From NCBI RefSeq assembly GCF_000092105.1, contig NC_014148.1:2250001-2282000 (forward strand): a stretch of DNA of 32,000 bases, in the 5' to 3' direction. Origin of the DNA: Planctopirus limnophila DSM 3776 (GTDB lineage Bacteria > Planctomycetota > Planctomycetia > Planctomycetales > Planctomycetaceae). The notes under the pieces were generated by a model. It was not told the DNA's origin, did no database searches, and saw nothing but the letters and a program-made list of their open reading frames with translations. The position numbers were made by a program, and so were the translations under genes. Shown in pieces: positions 1 to 9,296 of the stretch; positions within the stretch are counted from its first letter, which is position 1, and each line of letters begins with the position of its first letter.

Positions 1-19
1 CACACGGAGTGCGGTCTCT

Positions 20-979
20 ATGGCGGATGACCAGAGGATCATCGTGGTCGGAAATTCGGCTGGGCAACTGGTCGAGTTCGATTTTTCCTCCAAGAGTTCA
101 ACATCTGAGAAAACAAGATCACGCCCATTTGAATCGGGCCATTCGAGTTATGTCACCGGTGTCGTATGGACAAAGGGTGGGATTGTTTCTGTTGGTTACG
201 ACCGCAAGATGATCTGGTGGGATCCCCTTGAGCGAACCGTTTTGCGTGAGATCGTCGCTCACGAAAAATGGATACGACGAATTGCTGTCAGCCCGGATAG
301 TACAACGATTGCCACCGTCGCCGATGACATGCATTGCAAGCTCTGGAATGCTATCACCGGCGAGTTGAAGTTCGTGCTGGATGATCACCAACCTGTCACG
401 CCACATCATTACCCTTCGATGCTCTATGCCGTCGCGTTTTCTGCCAGTGGTGAACAACTCGCCACGGGAGACAAGGTTGGCCACATCGCCATCTGGGAGA
501 CGCAGACGGGTCGAAAGCTTGGTGAATTGGAATCCCCCGGGATGTACACGTGGGATCCCAAAGCGAGGCGACATTCGATTGGTGGAATTCGCAGCCTCGC
601 GTTTTCTCAGAACGGCAGCACATTAGCTGTGGGTGGGATTGGGGCAATCGGCAATGTTGATCATCTGGACGGCCCGGCACGAGTTGAAATTTTCGACTGG
701 CAGCAGGCCAAATCCCTCGTGCAGTTATCTGATACGGCCATGAAAGGTCTGGTCGAGCAGCTGCATTTTTCGAATGATGACAGCCAGTTGATCACAGCCG
801 GTGGCGATAACAATGGCTTTATCACTGTCTACGATCTGGCCACAAACAAGATTGATGTCCAGGTGAAAGCCCATCAGCACCTGCATGGAATGATTGTCGA
901 TGAAGCCTCGCAAAGGCTCTATGCAGCCCACCATGGCAAAGTGTCGATGTGGGAATTGCAGGACCAACCTGTTGCGTGA
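20..979 (+). CDS. WD40 (beta-propeller) repeat protein, about 7 blades
   Basis: 319-aa ORF with repeated WD-like units ending in W-D/W-N/W-E (IVSVGYDRKMIWWD, IATVADDMHCKLWN, LATGDKVGHIAIWE, KVSMWE). The frame is open upstream to the window edge, so the true start could lie before position 1. Confidence 0.8.
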   Translation: MADDQRIIVVGNSAGQLVEFDFSSKSSTSEKTRSRPFESGHSSYVTGVVWTKGGIVSVGYDRKMIWWDPLERTVLREIVAHEKWIRRIAVSPDSTTIATVADDMHCKLWNAITGELKFVLDDHQPVTPHHYPSMLYAVAFSASGEQLATGDKVGHIAIWETQTGRKLGELESPGMYTWDPKARRHSIGGIRSLAFSQNGSTLAVGGIGAIGNVDHLDGPARVEIFDWQQAKSLVQLSDTAMKGLVEQLHFSNDDSQLITAGGDNNGFITVYDLATNKIDVQVKAHQHLHGMIVDEASQRLYAAHHGKVSMWELQDQPVA

Positions 980-1385
980 ACCAATCCGGCGGAAGCTCTG
1001 GCAGTATCTAGCAATCCTAATAAGATGGCCCCGCCAATCTGGCGAATCATCTGAACCAGATATCCAACGCCAATGACCTCGCGGCTCCGCAAGAATTGCA
1101 AGAGATGCCGTCGAACGCCTGTCAGAAATCATCTCGTTCTGGCTGATGATCCATGCCGTAAGGCTGAAACGTACTTCAACGTCTACCATTCTCCGTGGGT
1201 ACTAAGAGACGTTAGTGGCACCGAGAGCAGCTTTTCGCTCTCGAACTTGACCAGCCAGTGGGAATTCACTCAATTCTCAGTGAATTTTGTCGGTTAAGTA
1301 ACTCTTGCCGATTCACGAGAATTTCCAGCTCGACCACCGGGTTATCGATCCCTCAAACACGAGTGGTTTCAACTGATAACTCCAG

Positions 1386-3125
1386 GTGCTCGACTTCTTC
1401 AGGACGAAAAACTTGAGTAATTCGCAAATTGCTGCTGCACTGACGGAACTTGCCGACCTGCTTGAGCTTCTGGGAGAGAATGCTTTCCGAGTGCGGGCTT
1501 ATCGAAATGCAGCCCGTACGATTGAGAGCTTGCCGGATGAAGTCACGTTGCTGCTGGACCAGTCTCCCCATGCACTACTGGAACTGGAAGGGATTGGAAA
1601 AGATCTCGCACAGAAGATTTCCAGCCTCGCAACAACTGGGCAACTTGACCAACTCGATGAGGTCAGGTCGCAGGTTCCTCCAGGTGTTGTGCAGATGCTC
1701 AAAATTCCTGGGCTGGGCCCGAAGAAAGTGGCCACTCTCTGGAAAGAACTCCAGGTGAACACCTTGGACGATCTGCAGGCGGCAGCCACTGCCGGTCGAG
1801 TTGCCGAGTTAAAGGGCTTTGGCAAAAAGACAGAGCAATCGATATTGGAGGGCATTTCGCTGGCTGCAGAAGCGGGTCGGCGTGTATTGATTTCCATCGC
1901 GCGAGAAGCTGCTGAACAGATCGCACAATCGTTACGAAAAGTCGCTGGCGTTGAGCGAGTCGAAATTGCAGGGAGTGCACGACGCTGGAAAGAAACGTGC
2001 GGTGACCTCGACTTGCTGGCGATTGCCGCCGATTCAACGACAGCTATGGATGAATTGTCCCAACATCCACTCGTTTCCCAGGTGGTCGCCAGAGGCGAAA
2101 CGAAACAGCATGTTCGTTTGAAAAGTGGCATCGACCTCGACTTGCGAGTTGTTCCACCGGAGTCTTTTGGAGCCGCATGGCAATACTTCACCGGATCAAA
2201 AGAACATAACGTTGTCATGCGGCGGCTGGCCCAGGAGAAGGGCCTGAAGCTGAACGAATACGGCCTTTTCCGTGGTGAAGAGATGGTCGCTGGTACCGAC
2301 GAAGAGAGCATCTACAAGACTCTTGAACTTCCGTGGATTCCCCCGGAGCTGCGGGAAAACCGGGGTGAATTTCACTTGCAGGCCCCGATTGATCTGATTC
2401 AGCCTGGCGATCTGCAGGGAGACCTGCACATGCACACTACAGCCACCGATGGTGCAGGCTCGATCGAGGAAATGATCGAAGGAGCCCGGGCAGCAGGCCT
2501 TAAGTACATCGCGATCACCGATCACTCCAAGCGGGTGGCGATGGCCAATGGACTGGATTCTGTCCGCTTGCGGGAACATTGGCGAAAGATTGATTCGATC
2601 CGCCAGAAAACCAGAGGAATCGAAGTTCTTTGTGGTATCGAATGTGACATCCTTGAAGATGCCACACTCGATTTACCTGATGACGTTCTGGCGGAAGCCG
2701 ACTGGGTGATTGCGGTCTTGCACTACGGCTTACGACAACCGGCAGAAATGATCGAAAAGCGACTGCTCGCAGCGATTCAGAATCCTCATGTCGATTGTAT
2801 TGGGCATCCTTCAGGACGGCTGATCGGATCACGGGCACCGGCAGAGATCAATTACCATACCTTTTTGAAGGCTGCACAAGATTACGGTGTCATGCTGGAG
2901 ATCAACGCCAATCCGGCCCGGCTCGATCTGAATGACATCCAGTCAGCCCGCGCCAAGGAATTGAGAATCCCGATCGTCATCAATTCGGATTCGCACCACA
3001 TCCATGGATTTCAGGTACTCGAGTACGGTGTGCATCAGGCCCGCAGGGCAGGGCTGACGAAGGCCGATGTCGCCAACACACTCGACTTTGCCAGCTTTCG
3101 TAATCTCATTCGCCGCAATCGCTGA
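1386..3125 (+). CDS. polX: Family X DNA polymerase (PolX) with C-terminal PHP phosphoesterase domain
   Basis: 579-aa ORF with GTG start. The N-terminus has helix-hairpin-helix segments (GIGKDLAQKI, PGLGPKKVATL, KGFGKKTEQSI). The Pol-beta nucleotidyltransferase motif GSARRWKETCGDLDLL is present. The C-terminal PHP motifs are DLHMHTTATDG, ITDHS and NSDSHH. Confidence 0.9.
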   Translation: MLDFFRTKNLSNSQIAAALTELADLLELLGENAFRVRAYRNAARTIESLPDEVTLLLDQSPHALLELEGIGKDLAQKISSLATTGQLDQLDEVRSQVPPGVVQMLKIPGLGPKKVATLWKELQVNTLDDLQAAATAGRVAELKGFGKKTEQSILEGISLAAEAGRRVLISIAREAAEQIAQSLRKVAGVERVEIAGSARRWKETCGDLDLLAIAADSTTAMDELSQHPLVSQVVARGETKQHVRLKSGIDLDLRVVPPESFGAAWQYFTGSKEHNVVMRRLAQEKGLKLNEYGLFRGEEMVAGTDEESIYKTLELPWIPPELRENRGEFHLQAPIDLIQPGDLQGDLHMHTTATDGAGSIEEMIEGARAAGLKYIAITDHSKRVAMANGLDSVRLREHWRKIDSIRQKTRGIEVLCGIECDILEDATLDLPDDVLAEADWVIAVLHYGLRQPAEMIEKRLLAAIQNPHVDCIGHPSGRLIGSRAPAEINYHTFLKAAQDYGVMLEINANPARLDLNDIQSARAKELRIPIVINSDSHHIHGFQVLEYGVHQARRAGLTKADVANTLDFASFRNLIRRNR

Positions 3126-3506
3126 TCATCAAGCACTCGTCAAAACAGATTTCAGGTGGCATCAAACCATTGGTGAACAAATCGCAGGACGGCGCTGAAG
3201 ATCGACGGGTTGCGGAATTTGAATTCGAGACTTCCGCCGCACCTCTCGATGCAAAATGTTGTTGTAAAACTGACAAATCAAAGTTTGCACCAATCAGAGC
3301 TCCATTCGAAGCTTGAGCCCACTTTTCGACGGCAAATCGGCAGTTCCTGCCGCTTGCATTGCGAGATGCCATGTGACACCTCTTTCCAAGGGTGTGGCAT
3401 GGAACCTGCTGAGAAAACTGACATAGTCCGCTTGCCGCTCACAAAGCCAAAGCGGATAATGAGATTTGCAACCTGGGAGAGTCAAGAAATGCACGGGATG
3501 ATGTGA

Positions 3507-3884
3507 TTGATGCTGGCAGCAATTCCCAAAACGTGGGCTGATTTTACAAACAGGCTTCCCGACTTCTGGGAATTGCTGGGGATAACATTCATAGTGTTCG
3601 TGCTGATTTGGGGGATTTTTCGGCTCAAGGCATGGTTTCGCGACGATGACGATCCTGCGGACGCTGAACGGCAATTGCTTTTACAACTTCACGAAATGAC
3701 CCGCGAGGGTGAGTTATCCGAGGATGAATACCGATTGTTGAAGCGGAAGCTTGGCGTATCAGTTGCAGAATCGATCGGTGGCCCTTTTCAAAAGCGACCG
3801 GCCATTCCTGCAGATGATTCGCAAGGCCAGGCAACCGATGATTCTGTTGATCAGCCACCTGCGGCAGAGCAACAGAATACCTAG
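3507..3884 (+). CDS. Small single-pass membrane protein with SHOCT-like motif and acidic/Pro-rich tail
   Basis: 125-aa ORF with one hydrophobic helix (LLGITFIVFVLIWGIF) followed by GELSEDEYRLLKRKL, which resembles the SHOCT short C-terminal motif. No family assignment is possible by eye. Confidence 0.5.
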   Translation: MMLAAIPKTWADFTNRLPDFWELLGITFIVFVLIWGIFRLKAWFRDDDDPADAERQLLLQLHEMTREGELSEDEYRLLKRKLGVSVAESIGGPFQKRPAIPADDSQGQATDDSVDQPPAAEQQNT

Positions 3885-4224
3885 CCGAAAAGATGTCACC
3901 TCAGCTCAGAGATCGTTGATCGAGTACAGGCAAGTGCGTTCCTCTTGTTCGGTACTCAATTGACGGCTCGATGAAGGACATCTGCAATGACAGACAAGAT
4001 GACGGGTTGGTGAGAGACTTTGGCGAGCGACTGCTCTTTCGGGGCAGTGACCGCCAGAATAATTCTCAAGGAGGAAACAGCCATTTGAGTCTTACGGCTC
4101 ATTTGGCATTGGAGTTCATGGTGGAACTCTGCAATATCAATCTGTTCGACGGCGCAAGGATCGCCCCGTTGCGGCATGGCTTATCGAACAACGGATAAAC
4201 ACCGGCAGAGTTGAAGGAAAACGG

Positions 4225-5508
4225 ATGCCCTCAGGTCGCGATTTCATGTCCGCAGGTAAACGTGGTGCCACTGGCAAAAAGAACGCCAATTGTTCCTTCT
4301 GCCGCAATAGTTACCGCGAAGTTGGCCCCCTGGTTGAAGGACCGGACGAGGTCTATATCTGTGGGCAATGTATTGAACTTTGCCAATCGATTCTCGACCA
4401 GGAGAAGAAGCGGCGTGGAGGGCCTACCAAGCTCTTCAACCGTATCCCGACACCTCGGGAAATCACGACTCATCTCGATGAATATGTCATCGGGCAGGAT
4501 CGTACGAAACGACTGCTTTCAGTGGCTGTCTACAATCATTACAAGCGGCTGACTGCTGCCGCTGATGCTGACAACGATATTGAAATTGAGAAGTCGAACA
4601 TCCTTCTCATTGGTCCGACAGGTTCGGGAAAAACGCTGCTTGCCAAAACCCTGGCCCGCCTGTTGCAAGTCCCATTCGCGATTGGCGACGCTACCACGTT
4701 AACAGAAGCTGGATATGTCGGTGAAGACGTCGAAAACCTGCTGTTGAAACTCCTGCATGCCGCCGATTTTGATATCGAAGCGGCTCAGCGAGGCATTGTT
4801 TTCATCGACGAAATCGACAAGATCGGCAAGACAAGTCAGAATGTTTCCATCACTCGTGATGTCTCTGGCGAAGGTGTGCAGCAGGCCCTGTTGAAGATGC
4901 TGGAAGGAACAGTGGCCAACGTTCCACCTCAAGGCGGCCGCAAGCATCCCGAGCAGCAGTACATCCAGATTGATACTTCGAACATTCTGTTCATCTGCGG
5001 CGGAACATTCGTGGGTCTGGAAGATATCATTGCCAAGCGTCTGGGTAAGAAAACCATTGGCTTTGGTGGCAGCAGCGTGGATGATCAAAAGACCCGCTCT
5101 GGAAAGTTGCTTGCCCACGCCTGTACTGATGATGTCATCGAGTTCGGCATGATCCCTGAACTCGTGGGGCGACTTCCCGTCGTGAGTGCTTTGTCGCCAC
5201 TGGACGAGCAGGATCTGGTCAGAATTCTTTCGGAGCCGAAAAACTCTCTCGTCAAGCAATATCAGAAGTTCTTCCAGATGGAAAACGCCGAGCTGGAAGT
5301 GACCTCAGAGGCTTTACTGGAGATTGCTCGTATCGCCAAAGCCAAAGATACAGGAGCCCGCGGCCTTCGTTCGGTTGTCGAAGAATCCATGTTCGAAGTC
5401 ATGTACGAGTTGCCTGACATGGAAGCAGGCAAGAAGTATGTGCTGACTCCAGAAGTTGTGCGTGGCGAACATCGTTTGCGACCGCTCGATGAGCCGGCCG
5501 CCGCCTGA
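4225..5508 (+). CDS. clpX: ATP-dependent Clp protease ATP-binding subunit ClpX
   Basis: 427-aa ORF. It has the N-terminal zinc-binding CSFC...CGQC motif, Walker A GPTGSGKT, Walker [10 protein letters not shown], and the pore/IGF region typical of ClpX. The start could be the internal Met at 4246. Confidence 0.95.
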   Translation: MPSGRDFMSAGKRGATGKKNANCSFCRNSYREVGPLVEGPDEVYICGQCIELCQSILDQEKKRRGGPTKLFNRIPTPREITTHLDEYVIGQDRTKRLLSVAVYNHYKRLTAAADADNDIEIEKSNILLIGPTGSGKTLLAKTLARLLQVPFAIGDATTLTEAGYVGEDVENLLLKLLHAADFDIEAAQRGIVFIDEIDKIGKTSQNVSITRDVSGEGVQQALLKMLEGTVANVPPQGGRKHPEQQYIQIDTSNILFICGGTFVGLEDIIAKRLGKKTIGFGGSSVDDQKTRSGKLLAHACTDDVIEFGMIPELVGRLPVVSALSPLDEQDLVRILSEPKNSLVKQYQKFFQMENAELEVTSEALLEIARIAKAKDTGARGLRSVVEESMFEVMYELPDMEAGKKYVLTPEVVRGEHRLRPLDEPAAA

Positions 5509-5574
5509 TTGAAATTGTTTGACTAGCGGATTTTCAGTTGCGTCTGCTTCTGAAAAATCAAACCAAAAATTTTA

Positions 5575-5620
5575 GAACAGCCTCGCTCTGGTCTTTTGAC
5601 CTCGCGAGGCTGTTCCATTT
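5575..5620 (+). terminator. Candidate terminator hairpin downstream of clpX
   Basis: 12-bp perfect stem (gaacagcctcgc 5575-5586 pairing with gcgaggctgttc 5604-5615) with a 17-nt loop, followed by cattt. The U-tract is weak, so the intrinsic-terminator call is tentative. Confidence 0.4.
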
Positions 5621-5810
5621 GGGGCGAGATGCAATTGACACATCCCGTGGCTTATGACCCACAAAAGTTACTGGCTGCGGATCCCGGGAATTCGCAATTG
5701 AATTGATCCAATGGGTAGACACTTTCGCTCTGTAGTGATTCATCAGTATACTTGAGTGATTGTTGAGTCGGCATGGATGCCAGTTTCACCGCGGGTGTAT
5801 TCGGGTTGTC

Positions 5811-6620
5811 ATGCAGGCATCGCTACAGTTACTTCACCGAACTGCTAATATTCAGCAGATCCGCCTGCGCCCGGAAACAAGCATTGGCCGGGCACCTGAG
5901 TGCGAGTTGCGCATTGCTTCCTCACAAATCAGTCGTCGCCATTGCCGGGTTCTGATTGAGAACGACCGCGTTTATATCGAAGATCTAGGAAGCTCCAACG
6001 GCACCATTGTGAATGGTGTACTGATTGCTCCTCACGAGCGGGTGGAACTCTCTGCTGGTGACGAAATCACGATTGGCCCTGCTCAGTTTCAACTGAAGAT
6101 GAATAGTGCCAACACAACTCCAAGAATTCCTCCTCTGGGAAGCCTGCTGGCAGGTGCATTGAATTCATTGAGTTCGACGATTCTGGGCGGACGCAAAGAG
6201 GCCTCTGGCGAATCAGAGACGCAGGCCATTCCTGTCCAAGCGGTATCCGCTCAGCCCAATTCCATACACATCCCGGTGGTTGCTGATCAGGAATCGAGCG
6301 TCACACTCGAACCGTCTTCACTCACCACCACTGATGATCTTTCTGCTCAAGTATCAGGTGTTGACGAATCACAACCTGCTCTCCCTGTGATTCCTGCTGC
6401 ATTCCCTTTGGTTCCTTCGATTGATGAGCCACCTGCCATTGAGACGGTCTCGCCAACGACCGATTCCGAAGGAAATCTCTCACGTCTCAAGCTGGAAGCA
6501 GTGGAAGATCCCCCCTTACCAGTCTCCGGGATCGATAGCGAACAGGCTCCTCCCCAGTCGGATCCTGCGACACAGGAGGAGGACAATGACCTCTCCCGAT
6601 TTTTGCAGGGCTTAGGGTAG
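5811..6620 (+). CDS. FHA domain protein with long disordered Ser/Pro/Glu-rich C-terminus
   Basis: The FHA core reads IGRAPECELRIASSQISRRHCRVLIENDRVYIEDLGSSNGTIVNG. The track ORF starts at a TTG at 5760. The ATG at 5811 (MQASLQLL) is the more plausible start. Confidence 0.8.
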   Translation: MQASLQLLHRTANIQQIRLRPETSIGRAPECELRIASSQISRRHCRVLIENDRVYIEDLGSSNGTIVNGVLIAPHERVELSAGDEITIGPAQFQLKMNSANTTPRIPPLGSLLAGALNSLSSTILGGRKEASGESETQAIPVQAVSAQPNSIHIPVVADQESSVTLEPSSLTTTDDLSAQVSGVDESQPALPVIPAAFPLVPSIDEPPAIETVSPTTDSEGNLSRLKLEAVEDPPLPVSGIDSEQAPPQSDPATQEEDNDLSRFLQGLG

Positions 6621-6816
6621 CGAAATCGATTGGACTTTCGACAATATCAAAACTCCTGAGGAGTGTGGATCACTCAGAAATCACGAATCAACTCTGTCTT
6701 CTGGTGACCATTGCCTGGAGTTGAAACAACTGGTGCCGCACTTCGAAGGTTTATGGTCTGAACTAGTCCGACTGAATGCTGTTTGCCAACAAAATCTTTT
6801 CTTGAAATGACATTGC

Positions 6817-7212
6817 ATGACCACTGATTCAGCATCTGCCGAAATCCTTGCCTTAAGTCAGCAACTTCTGGCCACCATTGATCGCGGTGACTGGGAAGCT
6901 TACGCCAAACTTTGCGACCCTTCGATCACCTGTTTTGAGCCTGAAGCATTGGGGCATCTCGTCGAGGGTTTGCCATTCCATCACTTCTACTTCCAGCTTC
7001 CTGGCTCACCAACCAAACCGGCAAAGCAATCGACGATTGCTTCGCCTCATGTCCGCGTGATGGGAGAGAGTGCTGTCGTCTGTTACACGCGACTCGTGCA
7101 GAAGCTCGACGGTGCTGGTAGCCCAATCACCGTCGGAGCAATGGAAACACGCGTCTGGCAAAAGCTGAATGGTGCGTGGAAGCATGTCCATTTTCACCGC
7201 ACACCGCTTTAA
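6817..7212 (+). CDS. NTF2-like protein, CaMKII association (hub) domain family
   Basis: 131-aa ORF. The strings CDPSITCFEPEALGHLVEGLPFHHFYF and ETRVWQKLNGAWKHVHFHR align almost residue for residue with the metazoan CaMKII association domain ([27 protein letters not shown] and ETRVWHRRDGKWQIVHFHR). Confidence 0.85.
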   Translation: MTTDSASAEILALSQQLLATIDRGDWEAYAKLCDPSITCFEPEALGHLVEGLPFHHFYFQLPGSPTKPAKQSTIASPHVRVMGESAVVCYTRLVQKLDGAGSPITVGAMETRVWQKLNGAWKHVHFHRTPL

Positions 7213-7270
7213 ACAACGAGTTCTTAATTGAACGATCGCCGGTTTCTATCTGGAACTCATTGGTCAGACC

Positions 7271-7744
7271 ATGCCTGCCGATTCCCCGCAATCTCCTGCA
7301 GAAAAATCGCCAGGCATTCTGTTGATCTGCAAGGATCTGATGCTGGCATCGGGCATTCATGCGGCAGCCCGGCAGGCGGGATTGGTGGTCAAACAGGTTT
7401 CGCGATTCCATACCGATCTACTTGCCGGAAATGCTCCAGCTACTGGAAGTTCCGGGGCGACCACTGGTAACTCCGGGTCAAATAGTACAACGACAAGCCC
7501 CGGCGAGACGATGCGTTTCGGCATCTGCATAGTTGATCTCGCGATGATGCCGTTACCGCTTAGCGAGATTGCCGCCTGGTGCCAGATGCGATCCATTTCG
7601 GCAGTCGCTTTTGGCTCACATGTCGCAGTGGACCTGCTCAATGCCGCACGTGAGGCAGGGTTCGCACAGGTCGTTCCCAACAGCCAGTTGAGCCGGAAGA
7701 TTCCCGAATGGCTGTTGATGGCACAACAGAGCAAGTCAGATTGA
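7271..7744 (+). CDS. Hypothetical protein (weak receiver-like alternation, Gly/Ser/Thr low-complexity insert)
   Basis: 157-aa ORF with beta/alpha-like alternation (ILLICKD..., ICIVDLAM..., AVAFGSHV...) interrupted by GSSGATTGNSGSNSTTTSPG. No diagnostic motif was seen. Confidence 0.45.
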   Translation: MPADSPQSPAEKSPGILLICKDLMLASGIHAAARQAGLVVKQVSRFHTDLLAGNAPATGSSGATTGNSGSNSTTTSPGETMRFGICIVDLAMMPLPLSEIAAWCQMRSISAVAFGSHVAVDLLNAAREAGFAQVVPNSQLSRKIPEWLLMAQQSKSD

Positions 7745-7783
7745 GACGGATAACACGCAAGCTCTTCGCCAGTTCTCGGACGA

Positions 7784-9229
7784 TCACAACATCACTTCCC
7801 GAATGATACGACCGTGAACATCAGTGATCTTGCGGTCGAAACCATTGTGGTACCAGCTCAGCCGCTGGTAATCGAAACCCATTAAGTGCAGAACGGTTGC
7901 ATAGAACTCCCAGACATTGGTCGGGTTTGTCACAGAGCGGCGACCGAAATCATCTGTCGCACCGTAGACAGTTCCTCCTTTGACACCGGCCCCCATCATC
8001 CAGACCGTAAAAGCATCCGGGTTGTGATCGCGACCCGTCGTATTGGCCTGATGCGTCGGCATGCGGCCAAATTCGGTGGTCCAGAGAACGAGTGTGTCTT
8101 CGAGGAGCCCTCGCTGCTTCAAATCTGTCAGTAAAGCTGCTGTGGGTTGATCAAAAATCGGAGCGTGGCGTTCATAATCAGCTTTGAGTGTCTTGTGAGC
8201 ATCCCAGTTGAGCAGTCCATCCACACCACTCGCACGCGATGCGCAGTAAAGATTGACAAACCTGACGCCACGTTCGAGGAGGCGGCGGGAGAGCAGGCAG
8301 TTCTTGGCGTAGGCAGCCAGGAGCTTGTTTTCACTCGTCGTGCCATATGCCTCATGTGTCTGCAGCGACTCAGAGGCCAAATCGGAGACTTCGGGAGCCG
8401 AAATCTGCATCCGCGCGGCCAGTTCATACGCTGCAATTCGTGCAGCGAGCACTGTTTCAGAGGAGTTTCTTTCCAGATGTTGTTCATTCAGTTGTTTGAG
8501 ATACTCTCGCGTGGCGGCCTCTTCATCGGCGCTCATTGAAGCAGGTCTCTTCAAATTGCGAATATCGAGATGAGCCGCTATCACCACGGCCTGGTGCTTT
8601 GCCGGTAGAAATCCATTGCTCCAGTTGGCCTTTCCATTGGGTGGTTCTCCGCGCAGATCAGGAAGCGCGACAAATGTCGGCAGGTTGTCATTCTCACTTC
8701 CCAGTGCATAACTGAGCCAGGCACCGGCACTCGGAAAACCTTCCTGAACATGGCCGGTATTCATGAGTACGCAGCCGGGGCCATGCGTATTCGTCTTGGC
8801 TTTCATGGAGTGAATGAAAGCGATGTCGTCCACGTGGCTGGCCATGTGGGGCAACAGCGACGAGATCCGTTTTCCCGTTTGACCACAAGGCACAAACTCC
8901 CACGGTGGAGCCATGAGATTTCCATTCTTTCCCTGAAAGGAAACCAGATTCTCTTCACCGGGAAGTGCCTGACCGGACCTCGCAAAAAGTTCGGGCTTGT
9001 AATCCCAGAGATCGACGTGAGAGGCTGCTCCAGGGCAATAGATTTGCAGCACACGTTTGGCTTTGGCAGGGAAATGAGTCTGCCCAATGCCGGGAACCCA
9101 AGGTGAACCTGAGGTCTCGGAGGCTTCTGAGGCATTCGCCAGAAGACCATCCCGCATCAACAGATGTGATAATCCCAAGCCACTGAGTGAACCACAGATC
9201 GTTTCGAGAAAACCTCTTCGAGTCGTCAT
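7784..9229 (-). CDS. DUF1501 family protein (sulfatase/alkaline-phosphatase-like fold), Tat signal
   Basis: The start is placed at MTTRRGFLETICGSLSGLGL (twin-arginine signal). The track ORF extends to 9337 and would then overlap the upstream gene. The body is typical of planctomycete DUF1501 (GHVDLWDYKP-like AASHVDLWDYKP, TEFGRMP, GRDHNP). It lies directly downstream of a DUF1553 gene, which is the canonical pairing. Confidence 0.85.
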   Translation of the reverse strand: MTTRRGFLETICGSLSGLGLSHLLMRDGLLANASEASETSGSPWVPGIGQTHFPAKAKRVLQIYCPGAASHVDLWDYKPELFARSGQALPGEENLVSFQGKNGNLMAPPWEFVPCGQTGKRISSLLPHMASHVDDIAFIHSMKAKTNTHGPGCVLMNTGHVQEGFPSAGAWLSYALGSENDNLPTFVALPDLRGEPPNGKANWSNGFLPAKHQAVVIAAHLDIRNLKRPASMSADEEAATREYLKQLNEQHLERNSSETVLAARIAAYELAARMQISAPEVSDLASESLQTHEAYGTTSENKLLAAYAKNCLLSRRLLERGVRFVNLYCASRASGVDGLLNWDAHKTLKADYERHAPIFDQPTAALLTDLKQRGLLEDTLVLWTTEFGRMPTHQANTTGRDHNPDAFTVWMMGAGVKGGTVYGATDDFGRRSVTNPTNVWEFYATVLHLMGFDYQRLSWYHNGFDRKITDVHGRIIREVML

Positions 9230-9296
9230 GCTGGATTTCTCTCGCATAAGTTGCTGTGCGGGGACTTGATCAAACGGGAAAACCAACAATTCAGAT

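Noticed and set aside
725-1297. ORFs 725-1189(-) and 1073-1297(+) in the 400-nt gap between the WD40 gene and polX.
   Set aside because: The minus-strand ORF overlaps the WD40 3' end by about 250 nt. Both translations look non-protein-like (Arg/Cys/Trp-rich). I treat the region as intergenic.
1499-2311. Long antisense or overlapping ORFs inside confidently assigned genes. Examples: 1499-2311(-) in polX, 9513-10355(+) in the DUF1553 gene, 13610-14458(+) in thiC, 15712-16248(+) in the phosphorylase gene, 20293-20895(+) in the aldolase gene, 22906-23682(+) in the AldDH gene, and 4699-5259(-) in clpX.
   Set aside because: These are shadow ORFs, typical of moderately GC-rich DNA. Their translations are Arg/Ser/Pro-rich and lack motifs, and each lies wholly within a gene that has strong family signatures.
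3106-3506. ORFs 3106-3372(-), 3210-3506(+) and 3294-3674(-) between polX and the SHOCT-like gene. The same applies to 3956-4177(-) and 3971-4198(+) upstream of clpX.
   Set aside because: They overlap one another, have no recognisable motifs and have atypical composition. There is not enough support to call coding regions.
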